DNA of 64,000 bases from an uncultured Chloroflexia bacterium (GTDB taxonomy: Bacteria > Chloroflexota > Dehalococcoidia > UBA2979), in contig CAVSIV010000002.1 in assembly GCA_963728205.1 (NCBI GenBank), positions 1-64,000 on the forward strand, written 5' to 3'. The position numbers were made by a program, and so were the translations under genes. The notes under the pieces are model-generated. The model did not search any database. It was not told the origin of the DNA and worked only from the letters and a program-made list of their open reading frames with translations. Shown here piece by piece: positions 48,715 to 57,757 of this stretch; within the stretch, counting starts at the first letter, position 1, and each line of letters begins with the position of its first letter.

Positions 48715-49970
48715 CGCACCAGGTCGCGCTCACGGTGCGCGCCGCCGTCGGTCCCGGGCAAGCGGACGCGCTGCGCGCGCTGCTCGCGCAGATGCAGCGC
48801 GCGGGCGCGTGCAACGACGTGATCCGCTTCAGCGACCTGCCGGCGACGCACTTCGCCCGGCTGCTCGTCGTCGACGACGAACCGGTCCCGGGTGCCGCGT
48901 CGCTGCTGCTGATGCTCGACTGCGACGCGCCCGCCGGCGACCGCCTGCGGGAGTTCGCGCGCGTCGCGGGCGCAGGCATGGATCGTGTCTTCGGCCACTG
49001 CGTGGACTATCCGCGCGGGACGGTCACTGAGGCGCACCGCGTGCGCTTCCTGCGCACGCACGTCGTCGGGTCGCAGGTGATCTACATCCACCGCGTCGGG
49101 CGCACGCTCGAGCAGGTGCGCCAGGAGCGGCAGCTGCGCGAGGCGATCCGCGACCTCGTCGACCGGTCGGCGCAGGACTGGGCCGGTCGGGGTGCCCGGG
49201 AGGTCCGCGAGACGATCCGGGCGTTCGTCGCGTCGCGCCCGGACCTCGCCCGGGCAATGGACCCGCCCGCCCGTCCCGGGCTGCGCTTCCGCGCGCGCGA
49301 GGCGCTGCAGCGGTTCGGCCTTCCGCTTGTGCTCGTCCTGCTGTCGCCGGTCGTCGCCCCGCTGCTCGTGCTCGTGTTCCTCTGGCTGCGGCTCGAGGAG
49401 CTCCGCGGGCCGGAGCCGGACATCCGGCTCGATCACGGGCGGCTGCGCGCACTGACGGATGCGGAGGACTTCGGCGCCCAGAACGCGATCACCACGGTCG
49501 CGCCGCTGAAGCCCGGCCGGTTCTGGCGCCTGACCGCGCCGCTCTTCCTCCAGGCCGCCGCGTTCGCGACGCGGCACGTGTTCAACCACGACAACCTCGC
49601 CGGGCTGCGCACCGTGCACTTCGCGCGGCTGATGCGGCTCGACGACGGGCGGTTCATGTTCACGAGCTACTACGACGGCAGCCTCGAGAGCTACATGGAC
49701 GACTTCGTCGACCAGGTGGCGTGGGTGTTGAACACCGGGTTCGGCAACGAGGACGGCTACCCGAAGACGCGCTGGCTCTTCTTTGCCGGCGCCCATCGCG
49801 AGCAGCAGTTCAAGGCGTTCCTGCGCGGGCACCAGGTGGCGACGCAGTACTGGTACTCGGCGTACCCGGACCTCACCGCGACGAATGTCGACAACAACTC
49901 CGCGATCCGCGACGGGCTGCGCGGCGACATGGACGACGAGGCGGCGGCCGCATGGTTGCGCCGCCTGTGA
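48711..49970 (+). CDS. Uncharacterised DyP-associated protein with two HFAR-motif domains and a central hydrophobic segment
   Basis: THFAR and TVHFAR, FTSYYDGSLESYMDDF; ATGA-coupled to SnoaL. Confidence 0.8.
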   Translation: MTHQVALTVRAAVGPGQADALRALLAQMQRAGACNDVIRFSDLPATHFARLLVVDDEPVPGAASLLLMLDCDAPAGDRLREFARVAGAGMDRVFGHCVDYPRGTVTEAHRVRFLRTHVVGSQVIYIHRVGRTLEQVRQERQLREAIRDLVDRSAQDWAGRGAREVRETIRAFVASRPDLARAMDPPARPGLRFRAREALQRFGLPLVLVLLSPVVAPLLVLVFLWLRLEELRGPEPDIRLDHGRLRALTDAEDFGAQNAITTVAPLKPGRFWRLTAPLFLQAAAFATRHVFNHDNLAGLRTVHFARLMRLDDGRFMFTSYYDGSLESYMDDFVDQVAWVLNTGFGNEDGYPKTRWLFFAGAHREQQFKAFLRGHQVATQYWYSAYPDLTATNVDNNSAIRDGLRGDMDDEAAAAWLRRL

Positions 49971-50015
49971 CGGACCGGCCGCACGCCGCGGTCGAGGGGA
50001 CGACGGGCAACGACG

Positions 50016-51419
50016 ATGGCTGAACGGCTCGAAGTTGGGGACATCCAGGGGCTGGTTGCGCGCGGGTACGGGACGCTGGCCGCCGCGTGCTACGTGCTGC
50101 TGCGCGTCGCGGACGCCGGCGCCGCGCGCGCGTGGCTCGGCGCGCTCGCCGGCGACCTCACGTCGGCGGAGAGCCGGCCCGACGCGACCGCCGTCAACGT
50201 CGCGTTCACGCGCGCGGGCCTCGAGCGCCTCGGTGTCGGGGCGGCCACGCTGAGCGCGTTCGCCCCGCAGTTCGTCGAGGGCCTCGCGCAGCCGCACCGC
50301 TCACGCATCCTCGGCGACGACGGCGACAGCGCGCCCGAGCGCTGGCGCTGGGGCGGGCCCGGCACGCCGTCCGTCGACCTCGTGCTGATGCTGTTCGCCG
50401 CGGACGGGGCGTCCCTTGACGGTCTCTACGACGCGCACGCCGGCCGCCTCGCCGGGGCCGGCATCGAGCAGCTGGCGCGACTCGACACAACGTATCTCGG
50501 CGGACGCGAGCACTTCGGCTTCAGGGACGGCGTGTCGCAGCCGACCATCGATGGGCTCTCGCGGCAGGACCGTCCCGCGAACACGGTGCAGCCCGGTGAG
50601 TTCGTCCTCGGATACCGCAACGAGTACGACGTCGCGGCGGAGCCCATCGCGGTGCCCGCGGGCACCAATCGCGCCGGCGCGCTCGCGGGCGTCGGTGGCG
50701 ACCTCGGGCGCAACGGCTCCTACCTCGTGTTCCGGCAGCTCGAGCAGGACGTGGCTGGCTTCTGGCGCACCGTCGACGCGCTCACCCGCGACGCGGGCGG
50801 CGGTTCCGACCCGGCGGCGCGCACGCGCCTCGCGGCCAAGATGGTCGGCCGCTGGCCGAGCGGCGCGTCGCTCGCGCTGGCGCCGGATCACGACAATCCC
50901 GCGCGCGCGGACGCGAACGACTTCGCGTACCACCAGCAGGACCCGGACGGCCTCGCGTGCCCGATCGGCTCGCACGTTCGTCGCACGAACCCGCGCGACT
51001 CGCTCGAGCCGAAGCCCGGCTCGAAGCAGTCCGTGGCGGCGGCGAACCATCACCGCCTGCTCCGTCGCGGCCGCAGCTACGGCCCGCCGCTTGCGATCCC
51101 CGAGATCTTCGACGCGAACGCCGGCACCGCGGCGCAGGAGCGCGGGCTGCACTTCATCTGCCTCGTCGGCGACATCGCGCGCCAGTTCGAGTTCGTCCAG
51201 CACACGTGGGTGAACAACCCGAAGTTCGGCGGCCTCTATGACGACGGGGATCCGCTGATGGCGCCCCACGGCGATACCGGGGCGACGTTCAGCGAGCAGG
51301 CGGAACCCGTCGTGCGACGCCACGGCGGCCTGCCGCGCTTCGTGGCCGTGCGCGGCGGTGCCTACTTCTTCCTCCCGGGCATTCGCGCCGTGCGCTACCT
51401 CGCCGCGCTCGGGGGGTGA
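50016..51419 (+). CDS. Dye-decolorizing (DyP-type) peroxidase
   Basis: DIQG, FGFRDGVSQP (GxxDG), SHVRRTNPR, LLRRGRSYG, QFEFVQ, GAYFFLPG. Confidence 0.93.
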   Translation: MAERLEVGDIQGLVARGYGTLAAACYVLLRVADAGAARAWLGALAGDLTSAESRPDATAVNVAFTRAGLERLGVGAATLSAFAPQFVEGLAQPHRSRILGDDGDSAPERWRWGGPGTPSVDLVLMLFAADGASLDGLYDAHAGRLAGAGIEQLARLDTTYLGGREHFGFRDGVSQPTIDGLSRQDRPANTVQPGEFVLGYRNEYDVAAEPIAVPAGTNRAGALAGVGGDLGRNGSYLVFRQLEQDVAGFWRTVDALTRDAGGGSDPAARTRLAAKMVGRWPSGASLALAPDHDNPARADANDFAYHQQDPDGLACPIGSHVRRTNPRDSLEPKPGSKQSVAAANHHRLLRRGRSYGPPLAIPEIFDANAGTAAQERGLHFICLVGDIARQFEFVQHTWVNNPKFGGLYDDGDPLMAPHGDTGATFSEQAEPVVRRHGGLPRFVAVRGGAYFFLPGIRAVRYLAALGG

Positions 51420-51469
51420 AGACGGCTGGGTGCTCGGCGCCGGGCGCCGCGCCCGGCGCGACGAGCCGG

Positions 51470-52123
51470 TCAGGCGTTCGCGACGGGATCCTGTGCGCGC
51501 TGCTTCGCGCTTTCGATGCGCGAGATCAGGTCGTGCAGCGGCTTCGTTCCGCCTCCAATCACGAGGCCGGTCACGAGGATGTCGATCGGCACGCTCGGCC
51601 GTCGGTCGGCGATGGCGGCGATCAGGTAGATGCCGATCGTCGCGCTGGCGAGCATCCCGAGGACGGTCGCGGCGGACCACATGATGTACGCGCGGGCGCG
51701 CTGGCGCCGGTCCAGCCGGTCGCGCGCATCGGCCGCGGCCTGCCACCGGGCAGGATCGTCGGGCGCGTTCATGGCCGCGGCCATCGCCACCTCCATCTCG
51801 CCCCGCGCGGTGCGCGACTCCATGACGAACGACGCGAACGGCTCGAGCAGCCGCTCGGTTGCCTGCGCGGCGATGTAGAGCAGCGCGAAGGCGCTCGTGT
51901 CGGACGCCACGCGGATCGGCGCCGCGTGAACGCTCTCCCAGATGGCAATGCTGACGGCGTAGCCGACGATCACCACCAGCGTGGCGATACCGGGCGCGAC
52001 GGCGTCCGGGTGGCGGTACCAGGGCTCCTTGCCCCGCGCGGGAGGCGTCGAGGCAGCAGCAACTGCGCGCGCGCGCGTCCCGGTCGCGTCGCGGCTGGCA
52101 TCGGGGTTCACGACGAGTGTCAC
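51470..52123 (-). CDS. Hypothetical four-TM membrane protein
   Basis: AQATERLLEP, GLVIGGGTKPLHDLI; start uncertain. Confidence 0.7.
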   Translation of the reverse strand: MTLVVNPDASRDATGTRARAVAAASTPPARGKEPWYRHPDAVAPGIATLVVIVGYAVSIAIWESVHAAPIRVASDTSAFALLYIAAQATERLLEPFASFVMESRTARGEMEVAMAAAMNAPDDPARWQAAADARDRLDRRQRARAYIMWSAATVLGMLASATIGIYLIAAIADRRPSVPIDILVTGLVIGGGTKPLHDLISRIESAKQRAQDPVANA

Positions 52124-52524
52124 GGCATCCCGCCTTCCCATGACGGCCCGCGCGCATCTTAGCCGGGCGGCGCTCGGCGCGATGGATTGCGGCCGGACGC
52201 GGACGGGCGCCCACGGGCGCAGTCGAGGCGCCCGGCGCGGTCGAGGCGCCCCGGCGCGGTCGGCCGCGCGGTGCGCGGTGGGCGTGGCGCGCACGCAAAT
52301 GCTGTGCTCGCGGCCCCGGCGGGCGCCGAGCGCGATGCGATCGGACGAGCGGTTGAGGGTCCGGAGCGGCGCCTGAAGGCGGCCCGCAAGCTCAACCGTT
52401 GCGAGCTTCACGGCGTGATGCTCGATGAAGTCGGCGCGGCGCTCCCGTGGTCGCCGCTTATTTCGCCGGCCTCGGCCTGATGCATCGCCAGCCGGCGCCC
52501 GCGGCCGGACTCTGATCGTCCACC

Positions 52525-52590
52525 GTTCTATTATCTGTTTATATCTATTGCAGATATATCATCAATAGTTGCGAAATCTGACCGAAACAA
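52525..52590. promoter_or_regulatory. AT-rich promoter island with palindrome TATATCT-N5-AGATATA
   Basis: Most AT-rich stretch seen in the window; palindrome at 52540-52558. Confidence 0.55.
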
Positions 52591-52623
52591 TGCGCTGGCA
52601 TCATCCCGCGGCCCGGCTCCCCG

Positions 52624-54261
52624 TTGGCTCGGTCGTGGACCTGGAAACCGGCGAGGACCTACGGGCGCGCGATCGGGGGATGCTTGTCTCGACTTCGTGG
52701 ACGCTTCTTCGCGTCCGCCGTCCTTTCGGCCCTGGTGGCCGCACTGGCAATCGGCGCAGTGTCGGCTTCGCAGGGGAGTCAGTGGAATACGGCGGGCGGA
52801 GACCGCCAGAACACGCGCTTCCAGAATTCAGAGCACCAGCTGAGTCCATCCAACGTCCCCGGTCTCACGCCGAAGTGGGTGTTCGAGACGGGCGGGGACG
52901 TGTCGGCGACGCCTGCGGTCGACGGAGAGACCGTGTACTTCCCCGACTGGGCAGGCAACCTCTACGCGGTGGACCGGCAGACCGGTGCGCTCAAGTGGCA
53001 GGCGAATGTTGCCGCGGTCACGGGTGTCCCCGGAGACAAGGCTCGGGCCACGCCGGCGGTGACGAGTGACAGGGTCATCGTCGGTACGCAGGGCCCGTTC
53101 GGTGGTGGCGGCAAGGTCCTGGCGTTCGACAAGTTCTCCGGCGCGCTCGTGTGGAGCACACAGCTGGAGACGAACCCGGCCGCGATCATCACGCAGTCGG
53201 CGACCGTGTTCGACGGGGTGGTCTACGTCGGAGTCGCTTCCATGGAGGAGGCGCTCGCCGCGATCGTCCCCGGATACCAGTTGTCGTTCCGGGGAAGCAT
53301 GGCCGCCCTCGATCTCGAGACCGGTCAGATCCTGTGGAAGACGTACACCGCGCCGGAAGGCTTTACCGGAAACGCGGTCTGGGGCAGCTCGCCCGCGATC
53401 GACACGAAGCGCGGCCAGCTGTACATCGCCACCGGCAACAACTACTCGGTGCCGCAGTCGGTGCTCGACTGCGTCGCCGCCGCCGGAGACGATCAGGGCG
53501 CGATCGCTGCATGCGTTCCGGCGGATAACCATTTCGACTCGATCCTGGCGCTGGACCTCAAAACGGGCGCCATCCGCTGGGCCACTCGAGCGCTGCCGTA
53601 CGATGCCTTCACGGTGAACTGTGTTCCGGGCTTGATCCCCGGTGTCCCCGGTTTCCCCGACGAGTGCCCCGATCCCGCCGGGCCGGACTACGACTTCGGT
53701 CAGGCCCCGGCTCTCTTCACGACCACTGCTCACGGCAAGCCGCGTGAGCTGGTGGGCGCCGGTCAGAAGAGCGGGCAGTACTGGGCGCTGAATCCCGACA
53801 CGGGCGCCGTCGTCTGGGTGACGCAGGCGGGTCCCGGTGGCCTTGCCGGCGGCCTGCAGTGGGGCTCCGCCGTCGACGGAACTCGCGTCTACACGGCGAA
53901 CGCCAACACGGATTCGAAGGCATGGACGCTTCCGAACGGAACGGCGACGACGCAGGGCGTGTGGAGCGGGCTGGACGCAAGCACCGGCGAGGTGCTGTGG
54001 CAGACGACGCCACCGAGCGGGGGCGGTACGTCCGGTCCGGTCACGACCGCAAACGGAGTCGTCTTCGGGTGCTCCCTCGATCCCGCCGGACACATGTACG
54101 CGCTCGACGCGGCGTCTGGCGCCGTCCTGTGGGATTTCGCGAGCGGCGGTTCGTGCATCTCCGGTGCGGCGATCTCGAACGGCATGTTGTTCTGGGGCTC
54201 GGGGTACACGAACCTCGGGACCTCGAACAACAAGCTGTACGCGTTCGGACTTGCGAACTGA
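52624..54261 (+). CDS. Secreted PQQ-binding beta-propeller (polyvinyl-alcohol-dehydrogenase-like)
   Basis: VSATPAV, LYAVDRQTGALKW-type repeats, DYDFGQAP, GQKSG, GGLQWG; start uncertain. Confidence 0.87.
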   Translation: MARSWTWKPARTYGRAIGGCLSRLRGRFFASAVLSALVAALAIGAVSASQGSQWNTAGGDRQNTRFQNSEHQLSPSNVPGLTPKWVFETGGDVSATPAVDGETVYFPDWAGNLYAVDRQTGALKWQANVAAVTGVPGDKARATPAVTSDRVIVGTQGPFGGGGKVLAFDKFSGALVWSTQLETNPAAIITQSATVFDGVVYVGVASMEEALAAIVPGYQLSFRGSMAALDLETGQILWKTYTAPEGFTGNAVWGSSPAIDTKRGQLYIATGNNYSVPQSVLDCVAAAGDDQGAIAACVPADNHFDSILALDLKTGAIRWATRALPYDAFTVNCVPGLIPGVPGFPDECPDPAGPDYDFGQAPALFTTTAHGKPRELVGAGQKSGQYWALNPDTGAVVWVTQAGPGGLAGGLQWGSAVDGTRVYTANANTDSKAWTLPNGTATTQGVWSGLDASTGEVLWQTTPPSGGGTSGPVTTANGVVFGCSLDPAGHMYALDAASGAVLWDFASGGSCISGAAISNGMLFWGSGYTNLGTSNNKLYAFGLAN

Positions 54262-54283
54262 GGATGTTCGCGTAGGGCTGGCA

Positions 54284-54320
54284 GGACTGGGGTCGGCCGG
54301 ACACCGGCCGACCCCAGTCC
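54284..54320. terminator. Perfect 17-bp stem hairpin, probable terminator
   Basis: GGACTGGGGTCGGCCGG-ACA-CCGGCCGACCCCAGTCC just after the PQQ gene; no U tract. Confidence 0.65.
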
Positions 54321-54509
54321 CGGTCGCCTACTCGATCCATCTCTTCCGACTCCACACGCCCCGCCGGCAGGGCACAGGCATCGTGTCGCCCCGTCGGCGT
54401 GCGTCGCGACGTCGGTTGGCTCGGACGAGCGCCGCTGTGCAGGAGCATCGGGTTGGGAAGCGTCGGCCCGTCGGCACCCCGGTACCGGATTGCCGCTTCC
54501 CGCACCGAC

Positions 54510-54821
54510 GGCTCCGCGCGCCCCGCCGTCGAGGAAGCGGCGGAGCGGCTCGACTCGCTGCCGCAGGTCTGGGCCGAGGCAACGCCAGACGTTCGCCGGT
54601 CGCTCGCTGCGCTCGTCGTGCACGTCTACGTCGACGTCGACGCCCGCCCGATCGCGGGAATCGATCCGGTCGCGGCGCTTCGCGCGCTGCTCGGGCTGGC
54701 TCTGCGGTCGGTGTCTATCGGTGCCGCGCGGCTGGTCTCACCGGGATGGTGGAGCGTGGTGGAGATGGGGGGACTCGAACCCCCGGCCTTCGCATTGCGA
54801 ACGCGACGCTCTCCCAGCTGA
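54510..54821 (+). pseudogene. Probable C-terminal remnant of a large serine recombinase reading into the tRNA
   Basis: LPQVWAEATPDVRRSL...VYVDVDARPIAGIDP resembles serine-integrase C-termini; frame continues as VEMGGLEP over the tRNA 3' end. Confidence 0.5.
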
Positions 54822-54832
54822 GCTACATCCCC
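54757..54832 (-). tRNA. tRNA-Ala(CGC)
   Basis: GGGGATGTAGCTCAGCTGGGAGAGC...TTCGCAA...GGTTCGAGTCC...CTCCACCA; G3:U70. Confidence 0.96.
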
Positions 54833-54946
54833 ACGCCGGAAGACTGAGTATAGGAAGGGCGGCTTGTCAGCGGCAATTCCGCATGCCCGCCCCGGTTCCG
54901 CGTCGGCGCCAGGCGTGACGCCGCTGCGCGAAACGCGCCTGCGCGT

Positions 54947-55444
54947 CTACTCCAGCAGGCCCGGCAACGGGTCGATCGTCATCCGCTTCGCGGCGACGTC
55001 CACCGCCTTGACCACGTCCGGGATCGCCGGAACGAGCACGTCCTTCGCGCCCGGCCGCTGCACGACGTAGACGTCGTTTGCGCCCGTCCGCAGGACCTCC
55101 GACAGCCGCCCGATCACCTCGCCGCCATCCTCCGTCACCACCTCCATGCCGACGAGGTCGTCGATGTAGTACTCGCCCTCGGGCAGCGGCGGCAGGTCCT
55201 CTTCGTCGATCTCGATGACCTCGCCGCGCAGCGACTCGGCGGCGGCGCGGCTGGTCAGGCCCTCGAACACCATCATCGGGTACCCGTATGGCTCCACGAC
55301 CTCGAGCACGCGCCGCCGCCGGCCGAGCACGTAGAGTTCCGCGCCGGCCTGCAGGCGCTCGGGATTCGAGGTGAGCGGGGTGACCTTGACGTGGCCCTTG
55401 AGGCCCCACGGCGCGTTGATGACGCCGACGGCGACGCGAGCCAT
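54947..55444 (-). CDS. rimM: 16S rRNA processing protein RimM
   Basis: WGLKG, EYYIDDLVG, TGANDVYVV. Confidence 0.95.
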   Translation of the reverse strand: MARVAVGVINAPWGLKGHVKVTPLTSNPERLQAGAELYVLGRRRRVLEVVEPYGYPMMVFEGLTSRAAAESLRGEVIEIDEEDLPPLPEGEYYIDDLVGMEVVTEDGGEVIGRLSEVLRTGANDVYVVQRPGAKDVLVPAIPDVVKAVDVAAKRMTIDPLPGLLE

Positions 55445-55457
55445 GAGGGCGGGCGAA

Positions 55458-55685
55458 CTACTCGATGCTGAGCGAGGCGCGCACGCCGGCCCGCACCGAG
55501 GCCACGTGCAGCAGCGACCGGATCGCGTTCGCGCAGCGGCCGTCGCGGCCGATGATGCGGCCCTTGTCCTCGTCGTTCACGTAGAGGTGGAGAACGATGC
55601 GGTCGCCGTCGTGCTCCTCCTCGACCACCACCTCGTCGGGATGGTCGGCGAGCGCGCGGGCGAGGTATTCGATCAGTGCCTTCAC
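55458..55685 (-). CDS. khpA: KH domain RNA-binding protein
   Basis: DKGRIIGRDG between rpsP and rimM. Confidence 0.93.
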   Translation of the reverse strand: MKALIEYLARALADHPDEVVVEEEHDGDRIVLHLYVNDEDKGRIIGRDGRCANAIRSLLHVASVRAGVRASLSIE

Positions 55686-55727
55686 GGGAGCTCCTGGCGA
55701 CGGCGAGGGTGCGCTGGTGGGAACGGG

Positions 55728-56168
55728 CTACTCGCTGGCGGCGGCGTCCTCGGACGCGGTCGACTCCGCGGCGGCGGCGTCGGCGGCGGCCTTCGCGGCG
55801 GCGTCGGCCTCAGCCTTCGCGGCCGCCGCGGCCTCGGCCTCGGCCTTGGCCTGCGCCGCGGCGCGCTCGGCCTCTGCCTTCGCGACCTCGGCCTTCGACG
55901 GCTTCGTCGGGCGCTTCGGCGGCTCGACGGTCGTGATGCCCTGCTTGAAGAGCAAGCGGTGCACCGTTTCCGACGGCTGCGCGCCGACTGCGAGCCAGTG
56001 CTTCACGCGGTCCTCTTTGAGGACGACGGTCTGGGGTTCGCTGCGCGGGTTGTAGTGCCCCACGATCTCGACGAACGCGCCGTCGCGCGGGGCGTCCTGG
56101 TCGGCCACCACCACGCGGTACGAGGCCTGCTTCTTCTTGCCGGTGCGGCGCAGTCGGATCCTGAGCAA
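55728..56168 (-). CDS. rpsP: 30S ribosomal protein S16 with Ala/Glu/Lys-rich tail
   Basis: RIRLRRTG, PRDG, GAQPSETV. Confidence 0.96.
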   Translation of the reverse strand: MLRIRLRRTGKKKQASYRVVVADQDAPRDGAFVEIVGHYNPRSEPQTVVLKEDRVKHWLAVGAQPSETVHRLLFKQGITTVEPPKRPTKPSKAEVAKAEAERAAAQAKAEAEAAAAAKAEADAAAKAAADAAAAESTASEDAAASE

Positions 56169-56251
56169 ACCAACCTCCGAGGTCGGAACCGCCGGGCGAT
56201 TCCCGTGATTGTCGCGTTGCGATTGCGGTGCGGTCGCCGGGTTGTGGTCGC

Positions 56252-57586
56252 TTACATCCCGAGCATACGCATGAGACCACCGGCGCCTTTGCCGGTGGCC
56301 ATCGCCTGCATCAGTTTCTTCGCATCCTTGAACTGGTTCAAGAGGCGGTTGACGTCGGCCGGCGTGGTGCCTGAGCCTTTCGCGATCCGCCGCCGCCGCG
56401 AACCGTTCAGCACGTCCGGGTTGTGGCGCTCCTGCGGCGTCATCGACGAGATGATCGCCTCCGCCTGCTTGAAGTACGAGCCGTCGAGGTCGACGCCCGT
56501 GAGCTGCTTCGCCATGTTCCCGCCGCCGGGCAGCATGTCGAGCAGCCCGGAGAGCGGCCCCATCTGCTTCATCTGCTGCATCTGCTGGAGGAAATCCTCC
56601 AGGTCGAACTGCCCCGAGCGCATGCGCTTCGCGACGTCCTTCACGTCGCGGTCGCCCATCGTCTCGCGCGCCTTCTCGACGAGGGACACGACGTCGCCCA
56701 TGCCGAGCACGCGCGACGCGAAGCGGTCCGGGTGGAAGTCCTCGAGCGCCTCGAGGCGCTCGCCGGTCGTGATGAACTTGATCGGCAGGCCGGTGACCTC
56801 GCGCACGGAGAGCACGGCGCCGCCGCGCGTATCGGAGTCCACCTTCGTGACGACGACGCCCGTGCCCTCGATCGCCTCGTCGAAGTCGCGCGCGAGCGTC
56901 ACGGCCTCCTGGCCGGTCATCGCGTCGACCACGATCAGGATCTCGGTGGGGTCGACCTCGTCGGCGAGCTCCGCGAGCTCGTCCGCCAGCGCGTCGTCGA
57001 GCGCGACCGCGCCGCGCGTGTCGATGACGACGGCGTTCGCGCCGGTGCGCGCCGCCTCCTTCATCGCGCGCTTCGCGACGTCGATGGCGGGCGCCGCCTT
57101 CTGCTCGACCCAGACGGGGACGTCGATCTGCTCGCCGAGGACCTGCAGCTGCTCGCTTGCGGCCACGCGCTCGAAGTCGGTGGCGACGAGCAGCGGCTGG
57201 CGGCCCTCCTTCTTGAACTTGAGGGCGAGGCGGCCGGCGAGCGTCGTCTTCCCGGAGCCCTTGGCGCCGACGACCATCACGACCGTCGGCCCCTCCTTCG
57301 CGTACATCAGCGGCTCGTGATTGCCGCCGAGCACCTCGACGAGCTGCTCGTTGACGATCGAGATCACCTGCTGGCCGGGCGTGATCGACTGCAGCACCTC
57401 CTGGCCGAGCGCCCGCTCGCGGACGCGCGCGATGAAGTCGCGCACGACCTTGAAGTTGACGTCGGCCTCGAGGAGCGCGATGCGCACCTCGCGGAGGGCC
57501 TCGTCGAGGTCCTTCTCGGAGATCTTCCCCGAGGACCCGAGGCGCCGGAAGGTTTGCTGGAGGCGGTCGGAGAGTGAGTCGAGCAT
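56252..57586 (-). CDS. ffh: Signal recognition particle protein
   Basis: ALLEADV, GSGKTT, DAMTGQ, LGMGD, SRRRRIAKGSG. Confidence 0.96.
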   Translation of the reverse strand: MLDSLSDRLQQTFRRLGSSGKISEKDLDEALREVRIALLEADVNFKVVRDFIARVRERALGQEVLQSITPGQQVISIVNEQLVEVLGGNHEPLMYAKEGPTVVMVVGAKGSGKTTLAGRLALKFKKEGRQPLLVATDFERVAASEQLQVLGEQIDVPVWVEQKAAPAIDVAKRAMKEAARTGANAVVIDTRGAVALDDALADELAELADEVDPTEILIVVDAMTGQEAVTLARDFDEAIEGTGVVVTKVDSDTRGGAVLSVREVTGLPIKFITTGERLEALEDFHPDRFASRVLGMGDVVSLVEKARETMGDRDVKDVAKRMRSGQFDLEDFLQQMQQMKQMGPLSGLLDMLPGGGNMAKQLTGVDLDGSYFKQAEAIISSMTPQERHNPDVLNGSRRRRIAKGSGTTPADVNRLLNQFKDAKKLMQAMATGKGAGGLMRMLGM

Positions 57587-57757
57587 TGAGCGATCAGTGT
57601 ACCGGGACGCCCCCGGCGACGGCGAGCGGCGGACCGATCACCCGCTGCGTTCGCGGCCCAGTGGCGCGCACACGAACCGCCGTTCTGCCTTCCGGCGGCC
57701 GCGCACGCCGGGTGTAGCCTGATGCGACCATCCGCCGCTCCCGTCGTTGGAGGTGCC

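Noticed and set aside
52222-52275. Short GTCGAGGCGCCCGGCGCG tandem repeats
   Set aside because: Two to three degenerate GC-only units, compatible with slippage; no functional evidence.
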